From contig JBBRLJ010000016.1 in assembly GCA_038231435.1 (NCBI GenBank), positions 32,001 through 96,000 of the forward strand: a stretch of 64,000 bases of DNA, in the 5' to 3' direction. Source of the stretch: Planctomycetota bacterium. Lineage in GTDB: Bacteria > Planctomycetota > UBA11346. Positions 42,227 through 51,933 of the stretch are shown here, piece after piece. The translations under genes were made by a program, and so were the position numbers. Under the pieces are notes generated by a model that saw only the letters and a program-made list of their open reading frames with translations, searched no databases and had not been told where the DNA came from. The number at the start of each line of letters is the position of its first letter. Positions within the stretch are counted from its first letter, which is position 1.

Positions 42227-42640
42227 ATGTGGCCCTTCACGCGCACTCCCTCGCCCGTCCGCGTCTCGGGCGACAAGCTCTACCTGATCGACAACGATTT
42301 CGGCACCGAGGATCCCGAGCGACTCGCGGTCATCCGGCAGGGTTTCATCGAGCAGCACCTGCGCGCCCTGCCGCGTGAGTTGCAGGACGCGTGGCGCGCC
42401 GGCACCCATCCGGCGCAGGACCACCGCTTCATGCCGCAGGCGCGTAAGCACGCCGACGATCTGCACCGCGAGCTCGCGCCCTGCGGCTACGTCAATGAGG
42501 TGATGGCCACGTATTTCCAGGACGACCGCATCGTGCTGTCGGTGATCCTCAAGACGCTGCTGCTGCCGCCCACCATCCGCGGCGACATCCCCTGGCTCTA
42601 TCGCGGTTTCGAGACCAAGTGCATGGCGCGCGGCTCGTGA
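42227..42640 (+). CDS. Hypothetical protein (MWPF N-terminus)
   Basis: Typical codon usage; no recognised domain. Confidence 0.7.
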   Translation: MWPFTRTPSPVRVSGDKLYLIDNDFGTEDPERLAVIRQGFIEQHLRALPRELQDAWRAGTHPAQDHRFMPQARKHADDLHRELAPCGYVNEVMATYFQDDRIVLSVILKTLLLPPTIRGDIPWLYRGFETKCMARGS

Positions 42641-42687
42641 ACGTCGTGCGCGCGTTGCCCCTGGCAAACCTGTGGTACCGTCGGGCC

Positions 42688-43329
42688 ATGGTCATCCGCG
42701 CGAGTCTCGTCTGCGGTCTGTTCGTCGGCGCGTCCGTGCTTGCGAGCGCCGCGGACGGCGGTGGCGCCGTTCCCGCCACGTCGACACCCACGGCCGCTTC
42801 CACCACTGCGACCGTAGCGGTAGTGGCGAAGGACGGCCTGCCGACCGGACAGGATTCAGCGGAAGGCGTCGCCTGCGACCTGGCGCGGGCGTTCGCGGCC
42901 GCGGACGCTACGATGTGGAGTGGCATCACCGTCAAGCTCCCCAGCGACGATCAGGCGCACGCCACCTTGGAGGCGTTTGTCGGCAAGACCGCCACCGCCA
43001 TGGACGTGGAAGCGGCGAAGCCCGAGGCCGAGCGTTCGGGACCGAAGGACATCGACACCTGCTTCAAGGCGCGCCATCTCAGCGACGCCAACGCGGCGGC
43101 CTACGGCGCGACGCTGTACCATTACCAGGACGTGATGTTCGTCGATGTGGTGGTGAAGAACCACGACGGCCAGGAGAGCGCCAATCGCACGCTGGTGGTG
43201 AAGGCGGCGGACGGGAAGTGGTACGTGCACCCGCAGCCGTCCCTGTCGCCCATGCTGTCGATGGGCCTGAATGGCGAGAGCGATTCCGAACAGGAAGTGG
43301 TCAGGAAGCCGTCGTCCGCCGCTCCGTGA
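42688..43329 (+). CDS. Secreted hypothetical protein
   Basis: Signal peptide ending ASA; typical codon usage. Confidence 0.75.
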   Translation: MVIRASLVCGLFVGASVLASAADGGGAVPATSTPTAASTTATVAVVAKDGLPTGQDSAEGVACDLARAFAAADATMWSGITVKLPSDDQAHATLEAFVGKTATAMDVEAAKPEAERSGPKDIDTCFKARHLSDANAAAYGATLYHYQDVMFVDVVVKNHDGQESANRTLVVKAADGKWYVHPQPSLSPMLSMGLNGESDSEQEVVRKPSSAAP

Positions 43330-43397
43330 GCTGCGGGGCACAGGCCGCGCGCGATCACTCCTGGTCATTCGCCGCCATCATCTGACATCATCTGACA

Positions 43398-43709
43398 TCA
43401 TTCGCCAGAAGCGCGATCCTTGCCGCAGAGATCGACGACAGGCGCGCGCACGAAGCGCGTGCTCGGCCGCTCGGCGGAGGTCGTGCGTCCCTCGCTCAGG
43501 CAGAGATGGCAGCGGCAGCGTGAGATCTGCCGGTAGCGACCGTGGGCGGGATCGAAGGGGATGCGCCGGCCGACCAGCACGTGGCCGCAGCTGAGGTGGA
43601 GGTCGCGGTACGATGGATGGCGGGGGTCGGGGATGGTGACGCGCATCACCATGCGCACCGGCGCGGTGGCCGCAGCGGAAGGGTCTGGGTTTCTCGCAGA
43701 GCTGGTCAT
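43398..43709 (-). CDS. Small putative zinc-binding protein (LxCGH...CxxC, DUF3565-like architecture)
   Basis: Strong AGGAGG RBS; LHLSCGH and RCRCHLC motifs. Confidence 0.6.
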   Translation of the reverse strand: MTSSARNPDPSAAATAPVRMVMRVTIPDPRHPSYRDLHLSCGHVLVGRRIPFDPAHGRYRQISRCRCHLCLSEGRTTSAERPSTRFVRAPVVDLCGKDRASGE

Positions 43710-43875
43710 CGATCCTCCTGGGTGAGCACGCCATCGGGCGGTCCTCGGATTCACGCTATCCCATGAGGACGATCGTCGCCGCCGGGAGCTGGGCGCCAAC
43801 GTCTAACGCTCGATCCTTCCCCGTCGGCGAGACGTAAATCGAGTGGCTCCGTGGCCCGGGCTTGGCTGGGCTGAC

Positions 43876-44178
43876 TCAGGGCGAAGGTACCGACACGATC
43901 ATCCGGCCCTCGACGTGGAGGCGCTCCTCGAGCGCTTGGCGGTAGACGCGGGTGGCGTGGAATCGCGCCACCACGCGGCGCTGGCGGGTGTCGTAGAGCA
44001 GGTATCCGGCGTCGGGAGACAACGGCTTGGACAGCAGGGGAACCACGCACGTGACCGGCCTGAAGACGTATCCACGGTCATCCACCGCCTCGCCGATCTC
44101 GGCCTCGCTGACCGGGATCACACGGCTGAAATCTTGGCACAGGACCAGGTCGGCGGCATCCAGGCGCATCGCACGCAT
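43876..44178 (-). CDS. Small hypothetical protein
   Basis: Globular-looking 100-aa ORF filling the gap, divergent from 44281. Confidence 0.55.
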   Translation of the reverse strand: MRAMRLDAADLVLCQDFSRVIPVSEAEIGEAVDDRGYVFRPVTCVVPLLSKPLSPDAGYLLYDTRQRRVVARFHATRVYRQALEERLHVEGRMIVSVPSP

Positions 44179-44280
44179 GCTAGCGCCCCGGTGGCGTTTT
44201 CCCTTCAATACCCGGCATGCGAGGCATAGTCGCAGGTGGCCGGGACACGACCCGGGATGCTTCGCGCACGCGGAGGGACG

Positions 44281-44556
44281 ATGAAGGACAAGCAGGTCAA
44301 TGCCCTCTACTTCTCCGATGGCGCGCCCCCGTTGCTGATCTGGATGACGCCGAAGGAGAAGAGCTTCCTGCGCATCAAGATCGAGGCCTGCCTCGAGCTG
44401 GTCGGCAAGATCCCCGCCGAGAGCACGACCTTCGCCTCGCACGGTTTCATGCTCTCCGGGGTGTGGATCAATCCCAAACAGATCAGCCGCATCGTGGTGC
44501 TCGATGAGCGCAAGCTCAGCGACGTGTCGGCGCCCGTGGAGTTCATCCTCGAATGA
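44281..44556 (+). CDS. Small hypothetical protein
   Basis: GGAGG RBS; typical codon usage. Confidence 0.75.
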   Translation: MKDKQVNALYFSDGAPPLLIWMTPKEKSFLRIKIEACLELVGKIPAESTTFASHGFMLSGVWINPKQISRIVVLDERKLSDVSAPVEFILE

Positions 44557-45140
44557 CCGATGCATCCTCTTCGTCTCCGGCTCCTGAACCTGCCGCCGGA
44601 GGAGACTCCGAAACCGGCTCGACCGTCAGCGCGCCGGCTGCCCAACTCGGCGCGTCGCGCGAGCTGATCGCCCAGACCATCCTCTGCCTGGGCGAGGACG
44701 TGGCCAAGGCCTGTGTCGAGGAACCGCTGTGGATCAGGCGCTATCGGCTCGGCGACACCACCGCCCTATCCGGACAGATCGCCGGCGCGTGCGCGAAGCA
44801 GGGATTGCCGTACCAGGCCTACGCCGAGGCCCTGCGCAAGGATCCGAAACTCGCGAGGCTCCAGGACAGCACCGTGGAGCGCGCGGTCGGCGAAGCCGAG
44901 CAGGCGCTGCTCGCATCGTCACGCCTGCGCCGGACCATCATCATCGGCGGCCCGGTGATCCTCGCCGCGTGCCTGGTGATGTATCTCGGCAAGTGGTACG
45001 CGAGCAGCGTGGCCGAAGAGAAGAAGGCCGAGGACGCCCGCCTGCATCCGACGCTACCCGCTCCGGCCGCCACGCCTGGCGCGCCGTCGACCGCGGAAGC
45101 GCCCGCGCCGACACCGCCTGCCGCGCCCGCGACACCCTGA
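44553..45140 (+). CDS. Hypothetical single-pass membrane protein
   Basis: ATGA coupling to the upstream gene; one TM helix; Pro/Ala tail. Confidence 0.75.
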   Translation: MTDASSSSPAPEPAAGGDSETGSTVSAPAAQLGASRELIAQTILCLGEDVAKACVEEPLWIRRYRLGDTTALSGQIAGACAKQGLPYQAYAEALRKDPKLARLQDSTVERAVGEAEQALLASSRLRRTIIIGGPVILAACLVMYLGKWYASSVAEEKKAEDARLHPTLPAPAATPGAPSTAEAPAPTPPAAPATP

Positions 45141-45191
45141 CCCCGCGGCCTCGGCGCTTGAGCCGGGCGTCCGCCGCGCAACCCTGATCGC

Positions 45192-45503
45192 ATGGCCGAT
45201 ATCGCCGCCTGTCCCCATTGTTCGACCCGCGTGATCCCGACGGCCACGGGGGCGTGCCCCGCCTGCGGCAAGCTCCTGTCCGCGGCTCCGGTCGCCGCCG
45301 CCGCGCCGGTCCCGGCCAAGCAGGTGAAGCCGATCAACAAATGGCTGTTCATGCTCTGCGTGATCTTCATCGCCGCCGGCTTCGGTCGCTACGTCAGCCG
45401 CGGCTCGGACCAGCAGTTCGAGAAGATCATCATCGATCTCGGACTGATCTGGATCGGCACCATCGGCATCGTGGCCGTCCACGCCGTCCGCTGGTTCAAA
45501 TGA
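45192..45503 (+). CDS. Zinc-ribbon membrane protein
   Basis: CPHC...CPAC followed by two TM helices. Confidence 0.75.
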   Translation: MADIAACPHCSTRVIPTATGACPACGKLLSAAPVAAAAPVPAKQVKPINKWLFMLCVIFIAAGFGRYVSRGSDQQFEKIIIDLGLIWIGTIGIVAVHAVRWFK

Positions 45504-45613
45504 CTGAACGTGGCATTCGGGGCCGATGCCGGCGTTGGCTCACCGCTCGCGGTAGATCCACTACCGCTTCGGGATTCGCCGCCTTGGCCTCGGCCCCGAC
45601 TGCCACGTTCAGC
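45504..45613 (+). repeat. Family B palindromic element, copy B3
   Basis: Same core as B1/B2 with a different but still paired outer stem (CTGAACGTGGCA..TGCCACGTTCAG). Confidence 0.85.
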
Positions 45614-45691
45614 CGTTTATACTGAAGAGTCTCGAACGGCGGGGGGCCCCCGGCCGACGAGTCCTTTGGGCGAACGCAAAACGCACAGCTG

Positions 45692-45845
45692 ATCCGGAGG
45701 GGGCGAATCCCCCCGGACGCCGTGGCCTGGTTTGCGTGAACCATGGCGAAGCCATCGCGCAAACGTTCTGGCCGGCGGCCAGAACGAAGGCCGACAAAGC
45801 CCGTGGGGGCCCGGGGGCGAAGCCCCGAAACAAGAAGCCCCGAAA
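45692..45845 (-). repeat. Family A element, copy A4
   Basis: Minus strand TAG|TTTCGGGGCTTCTTGTTTCGGGGCTTCGCCCCCGGGCCCCCACGGGCTTTGTCGGCC... Confidence 0.9.
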
Positions 45846-48785
45846 CTAAGAAAACCGAGCCTTCACGGTGGCGATACCGAAGGCGGGGACGGTGACTTCG
45901 ACCGCTCCGGACTTGGTCTTGGCGGAAGACTTGGGCAGCTCGCGTTCGAGCACGTCGGTCTCGCTCGCGCCGGCCAGGGTGCCGAAGATCGCGGAGGCGA
46001 AGGTGAGGGTGGCCTTGGTGGTCTTGCCGGTGGTCTCGTGCAGGCGCACGATCAGCGCGTCGTCGTCCTCGGCGCGCTTGATTTGGGTGACCAGGACGCC
46101 GTCCTGCGCGCACGCCACGCCCTCGGCGAGGGTGTGCGGCAGGTCGCCCTGGTGGATGTCGCTCGACACGCCCTGCAGCGGGTGGTTGAACGCCGCGCCG
46201 AGACGCACCAGGTCCGCGACGGTGGCGGCGCCGACGCGTGGCACGATCGCCATGCGCATCTGGTGGGCGCCGATCTCGGGAATCGGGTCCGGATCGTAGC
46301 TCGAACGGATCAGGGTCAGGCGCAGGGTCGAGCCGTCGAGCGAGTGGCCGTATTTGCAGTCGTTGAGCAGCGTGCAGCCGGCGGCCTTGCCTGGCTTGGC
46401 GTCCTTTCCCTCCTTGGCTGCGGACGTCAGCCTGCCGGTGACGTCGGCCCAGCGCAGCGAGGGCACCTCGCGCCCCGCCGGCTCGTCGCGCTCGATCGAT
46501 CCGAAGGGGATCTCGTAGCGCGCCTTCGCGCCAGCGAGCGCCAGCGGGAAGCGCATCGACAGGCGGGGGATGCCGAGATCCGCGCGTCCGCGTTCGAGCC
46601 AGGTGCCCTCGACCTTGATCTCGACCACCGGCGACCCAGCGCGGATGGTGTAGGCGACGGTGAAGCGCGTGTCGTTGAGCTTGGCCTTGGCCTGGATGGT
46701 CGCGACGTGCGGCCCCCAGGCGGTGACGTCGAGCGCCTCGAGCTGCAGCGCGGTGCGCTCCTGCACGTCGCCGAGCACCCACGCGGACATGCCGGTGGGG
46801 CGTTCGAGTACGTACTCGAGCACGCCGAGCGGCTGCGCGCGATCGGCGAGATCCTCGCCGGTGGCCTTGATCACCAGGCTGGCGATGCCGCCGGTGCGGC
46901 GGTCGAAGGCCACGCGCACCAGTTCGTTCTCCATCTCCATCGCTCCCGCGGGCTGGTTCATCCAGCCTTCGTGGTCGCGCTTGATGGTGCATCCCGGCTT
47001 GACGCCTTCGGGATGCGCGCCCTCGACGATCGCGCAGGTCGACCAGCCGAACGCGCCGACCGAGGCGGGGAAGGCCAGGTCGACGAAGTTGTGGCCCCAG
47101 TAATTGCCGTCGCCCACGCGCTGGGCCGCGACGGTCGCGCCGTCTGCGGTCTTGACCACGTAGCCGCGATCCTTCATCGGCTTGGCGTTGGGACCCGCGT
47201 CGAGATCCCACACCGTGGCGGTCACCACCTCGTCGCGCTGCCAGGCGGTGGGATTGAACGAGACGAACGCGCGTCCGCCGTCGCCGACGAAGCCGGCGTT
47301 GGAGATGTCGTTCGTGGCGCGGCCCGCGCCGCCGCCAAGGGCCGTGCTCTCGTGCTCGGGCAGCTGGGCCGGAGCGAGCGCGTCGAAGCGGCCGCCGGCG
47401 CTGGTGTCGATCGCCTTCGCGAGCGCGCGCAGGGATTGCGTGCGGATCTGGCCGGCGGCGGCCTGGATGCGCTGGAACATGCCGGAGTTGTACTCGCGGG
47501 TCTGACGCACGCCGGAACCGGGAAGGATGTCGTGGAAGTGGCTGAACAGCACGTCGCGCCACGATTTCCCGAGCTGCGCGACGGGATAGGCGCGGCCGAC
47601 GGCGGCGTGCGCGATCGCCGCGGCGGCGTCGGCCTCGGACATCAGGTTCTCGCCGAAGCGGTTGTTGCGCTTGATGGAGGCCTGCGAGGTATAGCAGCCA
47701 GCGAACTCGTAGTTGAGCTCCTGATCCAGGGTCGGCAGGTTCGGCGCCTTCTCGAGGAGCTGGAAGAAGCTCTTGGTGGTGGCGAAGCGCCAGTTCGGGA
47801 AGATCGGCCAGGTGTCCATGTCCTGCAGACAGCGCAGGTCGCGGCGCGTGGGCCCGCCGCCGTGATCGCCGATACCGTAGACCTGCATCCAGTCGCGCAG
47901 CCCGGTCTTGGCATGGAACTCCAGGATCTTCGCCGAGACGTGCGGGCGCACCTCGCTGTTGTACCACTGGATCTCGCGGTTCACGAGCACCTTCGAGCCA
48001 TCGGGGCCCTTCCACCAGAAGACCGGCGGGCGCTCGGTGTTGCCGCTGCGGCACATGTAATAGTGCTTCACGCCGCCGCGCGCATCGATCGTCGGCAGGG
48101 TGTGGGCGTGGCCGAAGGTGTCGGGCGACCAGTCGACGGTGACGTCCTCGGGCTCGAGGTCGAAATGCTCCTTCATGAAGCGGCGCGTGTACAGCAGGTG
48201 CCGGCACAGGCTCTCGCCCGAGGCCAGGTTCTTGTCGCCCTCGACCCAATGCGACGCGACCACCTCCCAGCGCCCTTCCTTGATCTTCGCCTTGATGCGC
48301 GCGAAGAGCTCCGGGTTGTACTCCTTGGCGATCTCGTACACGGACGCCTGGCTCTGGGTGAAGGTGAAGTCGGGGAACTCGTCCATCAGCTTGAGCACGG
48401 TCTCGAAGGTGTCGTTGGTGACCGCGACGGTCTCTTGCCAACCCCACATCCAGTTCATGTCGATGTGCGCGTGGCCGGCGCAGTGGATGGTGAAGGTCTT
48501 GGCGACCACGCCGATCGGCGCGAGCTGGGCCTCGGCCTTCTCGACCGACGACGCGATGCGCGCGGTCTCGCCCGAGGCGATGCCCTCGGCGACCAGCTGC
48601 TCGGCGCGTTCGATCAGCGCCGGCCAGCCGGCGGCCTCCTTCGGCAGCGCCTTGGCGAGCCCGCGCGCGAACTCCACCTCGGCGGTGAAGCGCATCACGT
48701 GATGGTTCGCCGCGGCGTTCGCCGTGGCGATCGCGGCATGGAGATCGCGGGTGGCGGGACGGGGGGCGGGCTTGGCTTTGCTCAT
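45846..48785 (-). CDS. Alpha-mannosidase, glycoside hydrolase family 38
   Basis: GHAHIDMNWMW, W.PDTFGH, YG.GDHGGGPT, G.YTSQ, FHDILPGS, YEIPFG, NDCKYG. Confidence 0.93.
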   Translation of the reverse strand: MSKAKPAPRPATRDLHAAIATANAAANHHVMRFTAEVEFARGLAKALPKEAAGWPALIERAEQLVAEGIASGETARIASSVEKAEAQLAPIGVVAKTFTIHCAGHAHIDMNWMWGWQETVAVTNDTFETVLKLMDEFPDFTFTQSQASVYEIAKEYNPELFARIKAKIKEGRWEVVASHWVEGDKNLASGESLCRHLLYTRRFMKEHFDLEPEDVTVDWSPDTFGHAHTLPTIDARGGVKHYYMCRSGNTERPPVFWWKGPDGSKVLVNREIQWYNSEVRPHVSAKILEFHAKTGLRDWMQVYGIGDHGGGPTRRDLRCLQDMDTWPIFPNWRFATTKSFFQLLEKAPNLPTLDQELNYEFAGCYTSQASIKRNNRFGENLMSEADAAAAIAHAAVGRAYPVAQLGKSWRDVLFSHFHDILPGSGVRQTREYNSGMFQRIQAAAGQIRTQSLRALAKAIDTSAGGRFDALAPAQLPEHESTALGGGAGRATNDISNAGFVGDGGRAFVSFNPTAWQRDEVVTATVWDLDAGPNAKPMKDRGYVVKTADGATVAAQRVGDGNYWGHNFVDLAFPASVGAFGWSTCAIVEGAHPEGVKPGCTIKRDHEGWMNQPAGAMEMENELVRVAFDRRTGGIASLVIKATGEDLADRAQPLGVLEYVLERPTGMSAWVLGDVQERTALQLEALDVTAWGPHVATIQAKAKLNDTRFTVAYTIRAGSPVVEIKVEGTWLERGRADLGIPRLSMRFPLALAGAKARYEIPFGSIERDEPAGREVPSLRWADVTGRLTSAAKEGKDAKPGKAAGCTLLNDCKYGHSLDGSTLRLTLIRSSYDPDPIPEIGAHQMRMAIVPRVGAATVADLVRLGAAFNHPLQGVSSDIHQGDLPHTLAEGVACAQDGVLVTQIKRAEDDDALIVRLHETTGKTTKATLTFASAIFGTLAGASETDVLERELPKSSAKTKSGAVEVTVPAFGIATVKARFS

Positions 48786-48848
48786 GGCGACATTCTAGCG
48801 GTGGAAATGACGTGATAATGCCCCTCAGCCCAATAATCTTACGTTTAA

Positions 48849-49832
48849 ATGACGTCGACCAAGACTCCCCGGACATCCCACGCCGCCCGGACGCCCGCGT
48901 CCCAGGCATCCGGAGGGGCGACCGCCGGCCGCCCGATGCCGCGCTTCTCGAAAGCCGAACCCCGGATCGTGCCAGCGCTCGCCTCGCTCGCCGGGCGCAT
49001 GAGCTGGCGCGACGAGACCGCCGACGGCTCGACGCACCTGCGCGTGGTGCGCCATGCGCTGCGCGCTGGCCAGGGCTTCAGCAACCACACCCACGAGTTC
49101 GCCGAGGTCTTCTGGTGCGAGACCGGCACCGGCATGCACGTGGTCAACGGCCAGCAGGTGCCGATCCAGGCCGGCGACGTGGTGTTCATCCGCCCGGACG
49201 ATGTGCACAGCGGGCACGCCGTCTCGCGCTCGGGGCTGACCTTCGTGAACGTCTCGTTCCCCGCCGAGCCGATGCGCGCCTTCGCCGCCCGCTACCCCGA
49301 CGTCGAATGGCCGTGGCGCAACGGTCCGCTGCCGCTGCAGGTGCGCCTGTCACCACGGCGCATGGAGCGTCTGCACACCTGGACGTCGGAGCTGTCCGCC
49401 CCCGGTCAGCGGCGGCTGGATCTCGAATGCTTCCTGCTCGACATCGCGCGGTTGGTCACGCAGCCGGCCGAGAACGACGTCTCGGCGGGATTGCCGGTGT
49501 GGCTGCGCGAAGCGGTGGAAGTGTTCGCCGATCCCCGCCACCTGTCGGGCGGAACCGCGCGTCTCGCGCATCTCGCCGGTCGCAGCCAGGCACACCTCAA
49601 TCGCCTGGTGCGCGCGAGCCAGGGCCGTACCGCGACCGATCTCGTCAACGTCGTACGCATGAAGTGGGCGGCTACCGCGCTGCGCATGAGCGACCGCCCG
49701 ATCGCCGACATCGCCACCACCTGCGGCCTCGCCCATCTCGGCCATTTCTACGCGCTGTTCAAGGCGCACTTCCGCGTCACCCCGCGCCGCTATCGCCTGG
49801 ATGCCTGGCAATCGACCGGGGCGCGGGATTGA
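48849..49832 (+). CDS. AraC-family regulator (ChbR/RhaS-like cupin)
   Basis: HTHEF.EVF...G.G.H.VNG, IRPDDVH, C-terminal double HTH; start may be at 48936. Confidence 0.88.
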   Translation: MTSTKTPRTSHAARTPASQASGGATAGRPMPRFSKAEPRIVPALASLAGRMSWRDETADGSTHLRVVRHALRAGQGFSNHTHEFAEVFWCETGTGMHVVNGQQVPIQAGDVVFIRPDDVHSGHAVSRSGLTFVNVSFPAEPMRAFAARYPDVEWPWRNGPLPLQVRLSPRRMERLHTWTSELSAPGQRRLDLECFLLDIARLVTQPAENDVSAGLPVWLREAVEVFADPRHLSGGTARLAHLAGRSQAHLNRLVRASQGRTATDLVNVVRMKWAATALRMSDRPIADIATTCGLAHLGHFYALFKAHFRVTPRRYRLDAWQSTGARD

Positions 49833-50678
49833 TCAGCCGTACGCCCCGCAGGGCAGGAATCCCAACAAGCGCTTGAGGCGTGGATTGGCGTCCTTGTGGA
49901 CGTGTTCGGGCATCTGGTAGTTCATGAATGGCGCGTATTTGTGGCCGATGAACTTGCGCGCGTAGCTGACTTGGGTGACGTAACGCATGCGCTCGCTCTG
50001 GTTCGGCGCGCCGCGGTGCCAGAGCTGGTTGTTGAAGATCATCACGCCGCCGGCCTTGCCGGTCACCGAGACCAGATGCTTCTCCCAGCGCGTGCCAGTC
50101 CAATCCTTGGCGTCCTGCGGAGGGGACATGCCCCATTTGTGCGAGCCGCGCACGGCCTGGCCGGGTCCGTTCTCGACGCTGGTCTGGTCGGTGAGGTAGT
50201 AGTTCGCGGTGAGCAGCAGGCAGGGGAGATGGATGTTCTCTGGCGGCTCGCCGTGCGTGACCTTGAAATGCGAGGCGTCGTCCTGGTGCCAGTGGCTCCA
50301 CCCGCCGCCCTGCTGGGTGCGGAAGGAATTGTTGTGCACCACGTGCACGGTCTCCTTGCCGAGGAAGTCGCCATCGCCGATCACGGCCTCGGCGAAGGAC
50401 ACCACCGGGTCGAGGTCGAACAGCTCGAGGTTGGCGCGGCTGTGCTCGAACATGCGCACGTGCATGTCGATGGGATTGGCGCTCGCCGGCACCAGGCGGT
50501 CGAGGTCCTCGCGTAGCTGGCGGCAGCGCTCGGGCGGCAGCACGTTCTCGATGAAGATGTAGCCGTCGCGGTGGAAGGCCTCGACCCACGCGGCGAGCTG
50601 CTCGGCGCTGGGCGCGGTGCCGGCGCGGTAGGCCGAGGTGTCCGGGATGCTGGGGCGGAAGGCGGTCGCAGTGGTCAT
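49833..50678 (-). CDS. PhyH-family Fe(II)/2-oxoglutarate dioxygenase
   Basis: F.RDGY, WHQD, LTD....NG....GSH, AG....F...LWHRG.PN.S..R. Confidence 0.9.
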   Translation of the reverse strand: MTTATAFRPSIPDTSAYRAGTAPSAEQLAAWVEAFHRDGYIFIENVLPPERCRQLREDLDRLVPASANPIDMHVRMFEHSRANLELFDLDPVVSFAEAVIGDGDFLGKETVHVVHNNSFRTQQGGGWSHWHQDDASHFKVTHGEPPENIHLPCLLLTANYYLTDQTSVENGPGQAVRGSHKWGMSPPQDAKDWTGTRWEKHLVSVTGKAGGVMIFNNQLWHRGAPNQSERMRYVTQVSYARKFIGHKYAPFMNYQMPEHVHKDANPRLKRLLGFLPCGAYG

Positions 50679-50786
50679 GGCAGGGCTCCGGCGGCGCGTG
50701 GTTGAATGCCTGTGGGGTGCACATGTAATGAAGCGGACGGGCCAGGCGCATCCAGCGTCAACGCCGTGCTCCAATCGGGCTGGGAC

Positions 50787-51803
50787 ATGCCAAAATCGAC
50801 TTCGCGAACGATCCCTGCGCGCCCGGCGCGCGCCGTGCCAGCGAAGACAGGGAGTGCTCAGGCTGAGGGTGATGCGAACGATGCTTCGCGGTCGCACCAG
50901 CCCCGCCACCTGACGCTCGACGAGATCCGCCCGCGCATCGATTTCGTCGCCTACTGGCGTCTCGAGCAGCCGGTCTGGTACCGCTACCGCGTGCCCTCGC
51001 ACCAGTTCCTGCTCATCGAGTCGGGGACGATCCGTGCGCGCACCGCCGCTGGCCTGGTCGAGCTGCATCCCGGCGACTTGCTCTGTCAGCCGTCCGGACC
51101 CGCGGAGTACGGCTTCGACGAACCGGTGAGCTATTTCGAGGCGCACATGTCGTTCGCGCCGCCACCGCTGCAGGGGCTCACGGTGTGGCTCGACGAGGCC
51201 GGCCCGCTGCCCGGCGTGATGCGTCTTGGCGACGCTCGCGCCCAGGTGCAGCGCTGCTTCGAGGCGATGTGCCTGGAGCTCGATCAGCCCGGCGCGGGTC
51301 ATCGCCTGCGCGCGCTCGGAGCGGCGCACCAGCTGATGGCGCTCGCGGCCGATCATCATGCGCGCGCGCCGACGCGGCCCGAGCGCCTCGATGTCTGGCA
51401 GCGCGCGCGCTTGCGCCTCGAGAATCATTTGTCGCGGCCGCTCACCGTCGAGGAGGTGGCGCGCGAGGCAGGCTTCGGTGTCGATCATTTCATCCGCCAA
51501 TTCAAGCGCCGCTTCGGCGTGAGCCCGGGTGTCGCGCGTGCCAACGCCAAACTGCGCTTCGCCGCGCGCGCGCTGTCGACGGGCGGCACCACCATCAAGG
51601 CCCTGGCGCACGAGCTCGGCTTCGCCGACGCCAGCACCTTCGCGCGCGCCTTCCGCCGCCACATCGGCGTCTCGCCCACCGAGCTGCGGGTGTCCGGAGA
51701 GGCACCCGCTGGGCAGGTGCAGGGGCTGGGGACGTCGCTGTTCCCGATCAACCGCCACATCCGCCCGCCCGAGGCTGGCCCGGGCAATTTCGAGTGGGGC
51801 TGA
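50787..51803 (+). CDS. AraC-family transcriptional regulator
   Basis: C-terminal VAREAGF..DHF.RQFKR..G...IK.LA.ELGF.D.STFARAFRR..GVSP. Confidence 0.88.
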   Translation: MPKSTSRTIPARPARAVPAKTGSAQAEGDANDASRSHQPRHLTLDEIRPRIDFVAYWRLEQPVWYRYRVPSHQFLLIESGTIRARTAAGLVELHPGDLLCQPSGPAEYGFDEPVSYFEAHMSFAPPPLQGLTVWLDEAGPLPGVMRLGDARAQVQRCFEAMCLELDQPGAGHRLRALGAAHQLMALAADHHARAPTRPERLDVWQRARLRLENHLSRPLTVEEVAREAGFGVDHFIRQFKRRFGVSPGVARANAKLRFAARALSTGGTTIKALAHELGFADASTFARAFRRHIGVSPTELRVSGEAPAGQVQGLGTSLFPINRHIRPPEAGPGNFEWG

Positions 51804-51933
51804 CCCGCCTGATGAGTCGATCGGCGTGGTTCCGGGTCGATCGCAGCTCATAATGGCAATTCCATCCTAGTCGCCTCCGTTCCGTGCGATTGTCGCGCGG
51901 GCGGTGCGGGTAGCGTCGTCCTCCGGAGTCCAC

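Noticed and set aside
45496..48909. 1137-aa minus-strand and 1027-aa plus-strand ORFs
   Set aside because: Alternative-frame and antisense shadows of the GH38 gene; low-complexity R/A/G-rich translations
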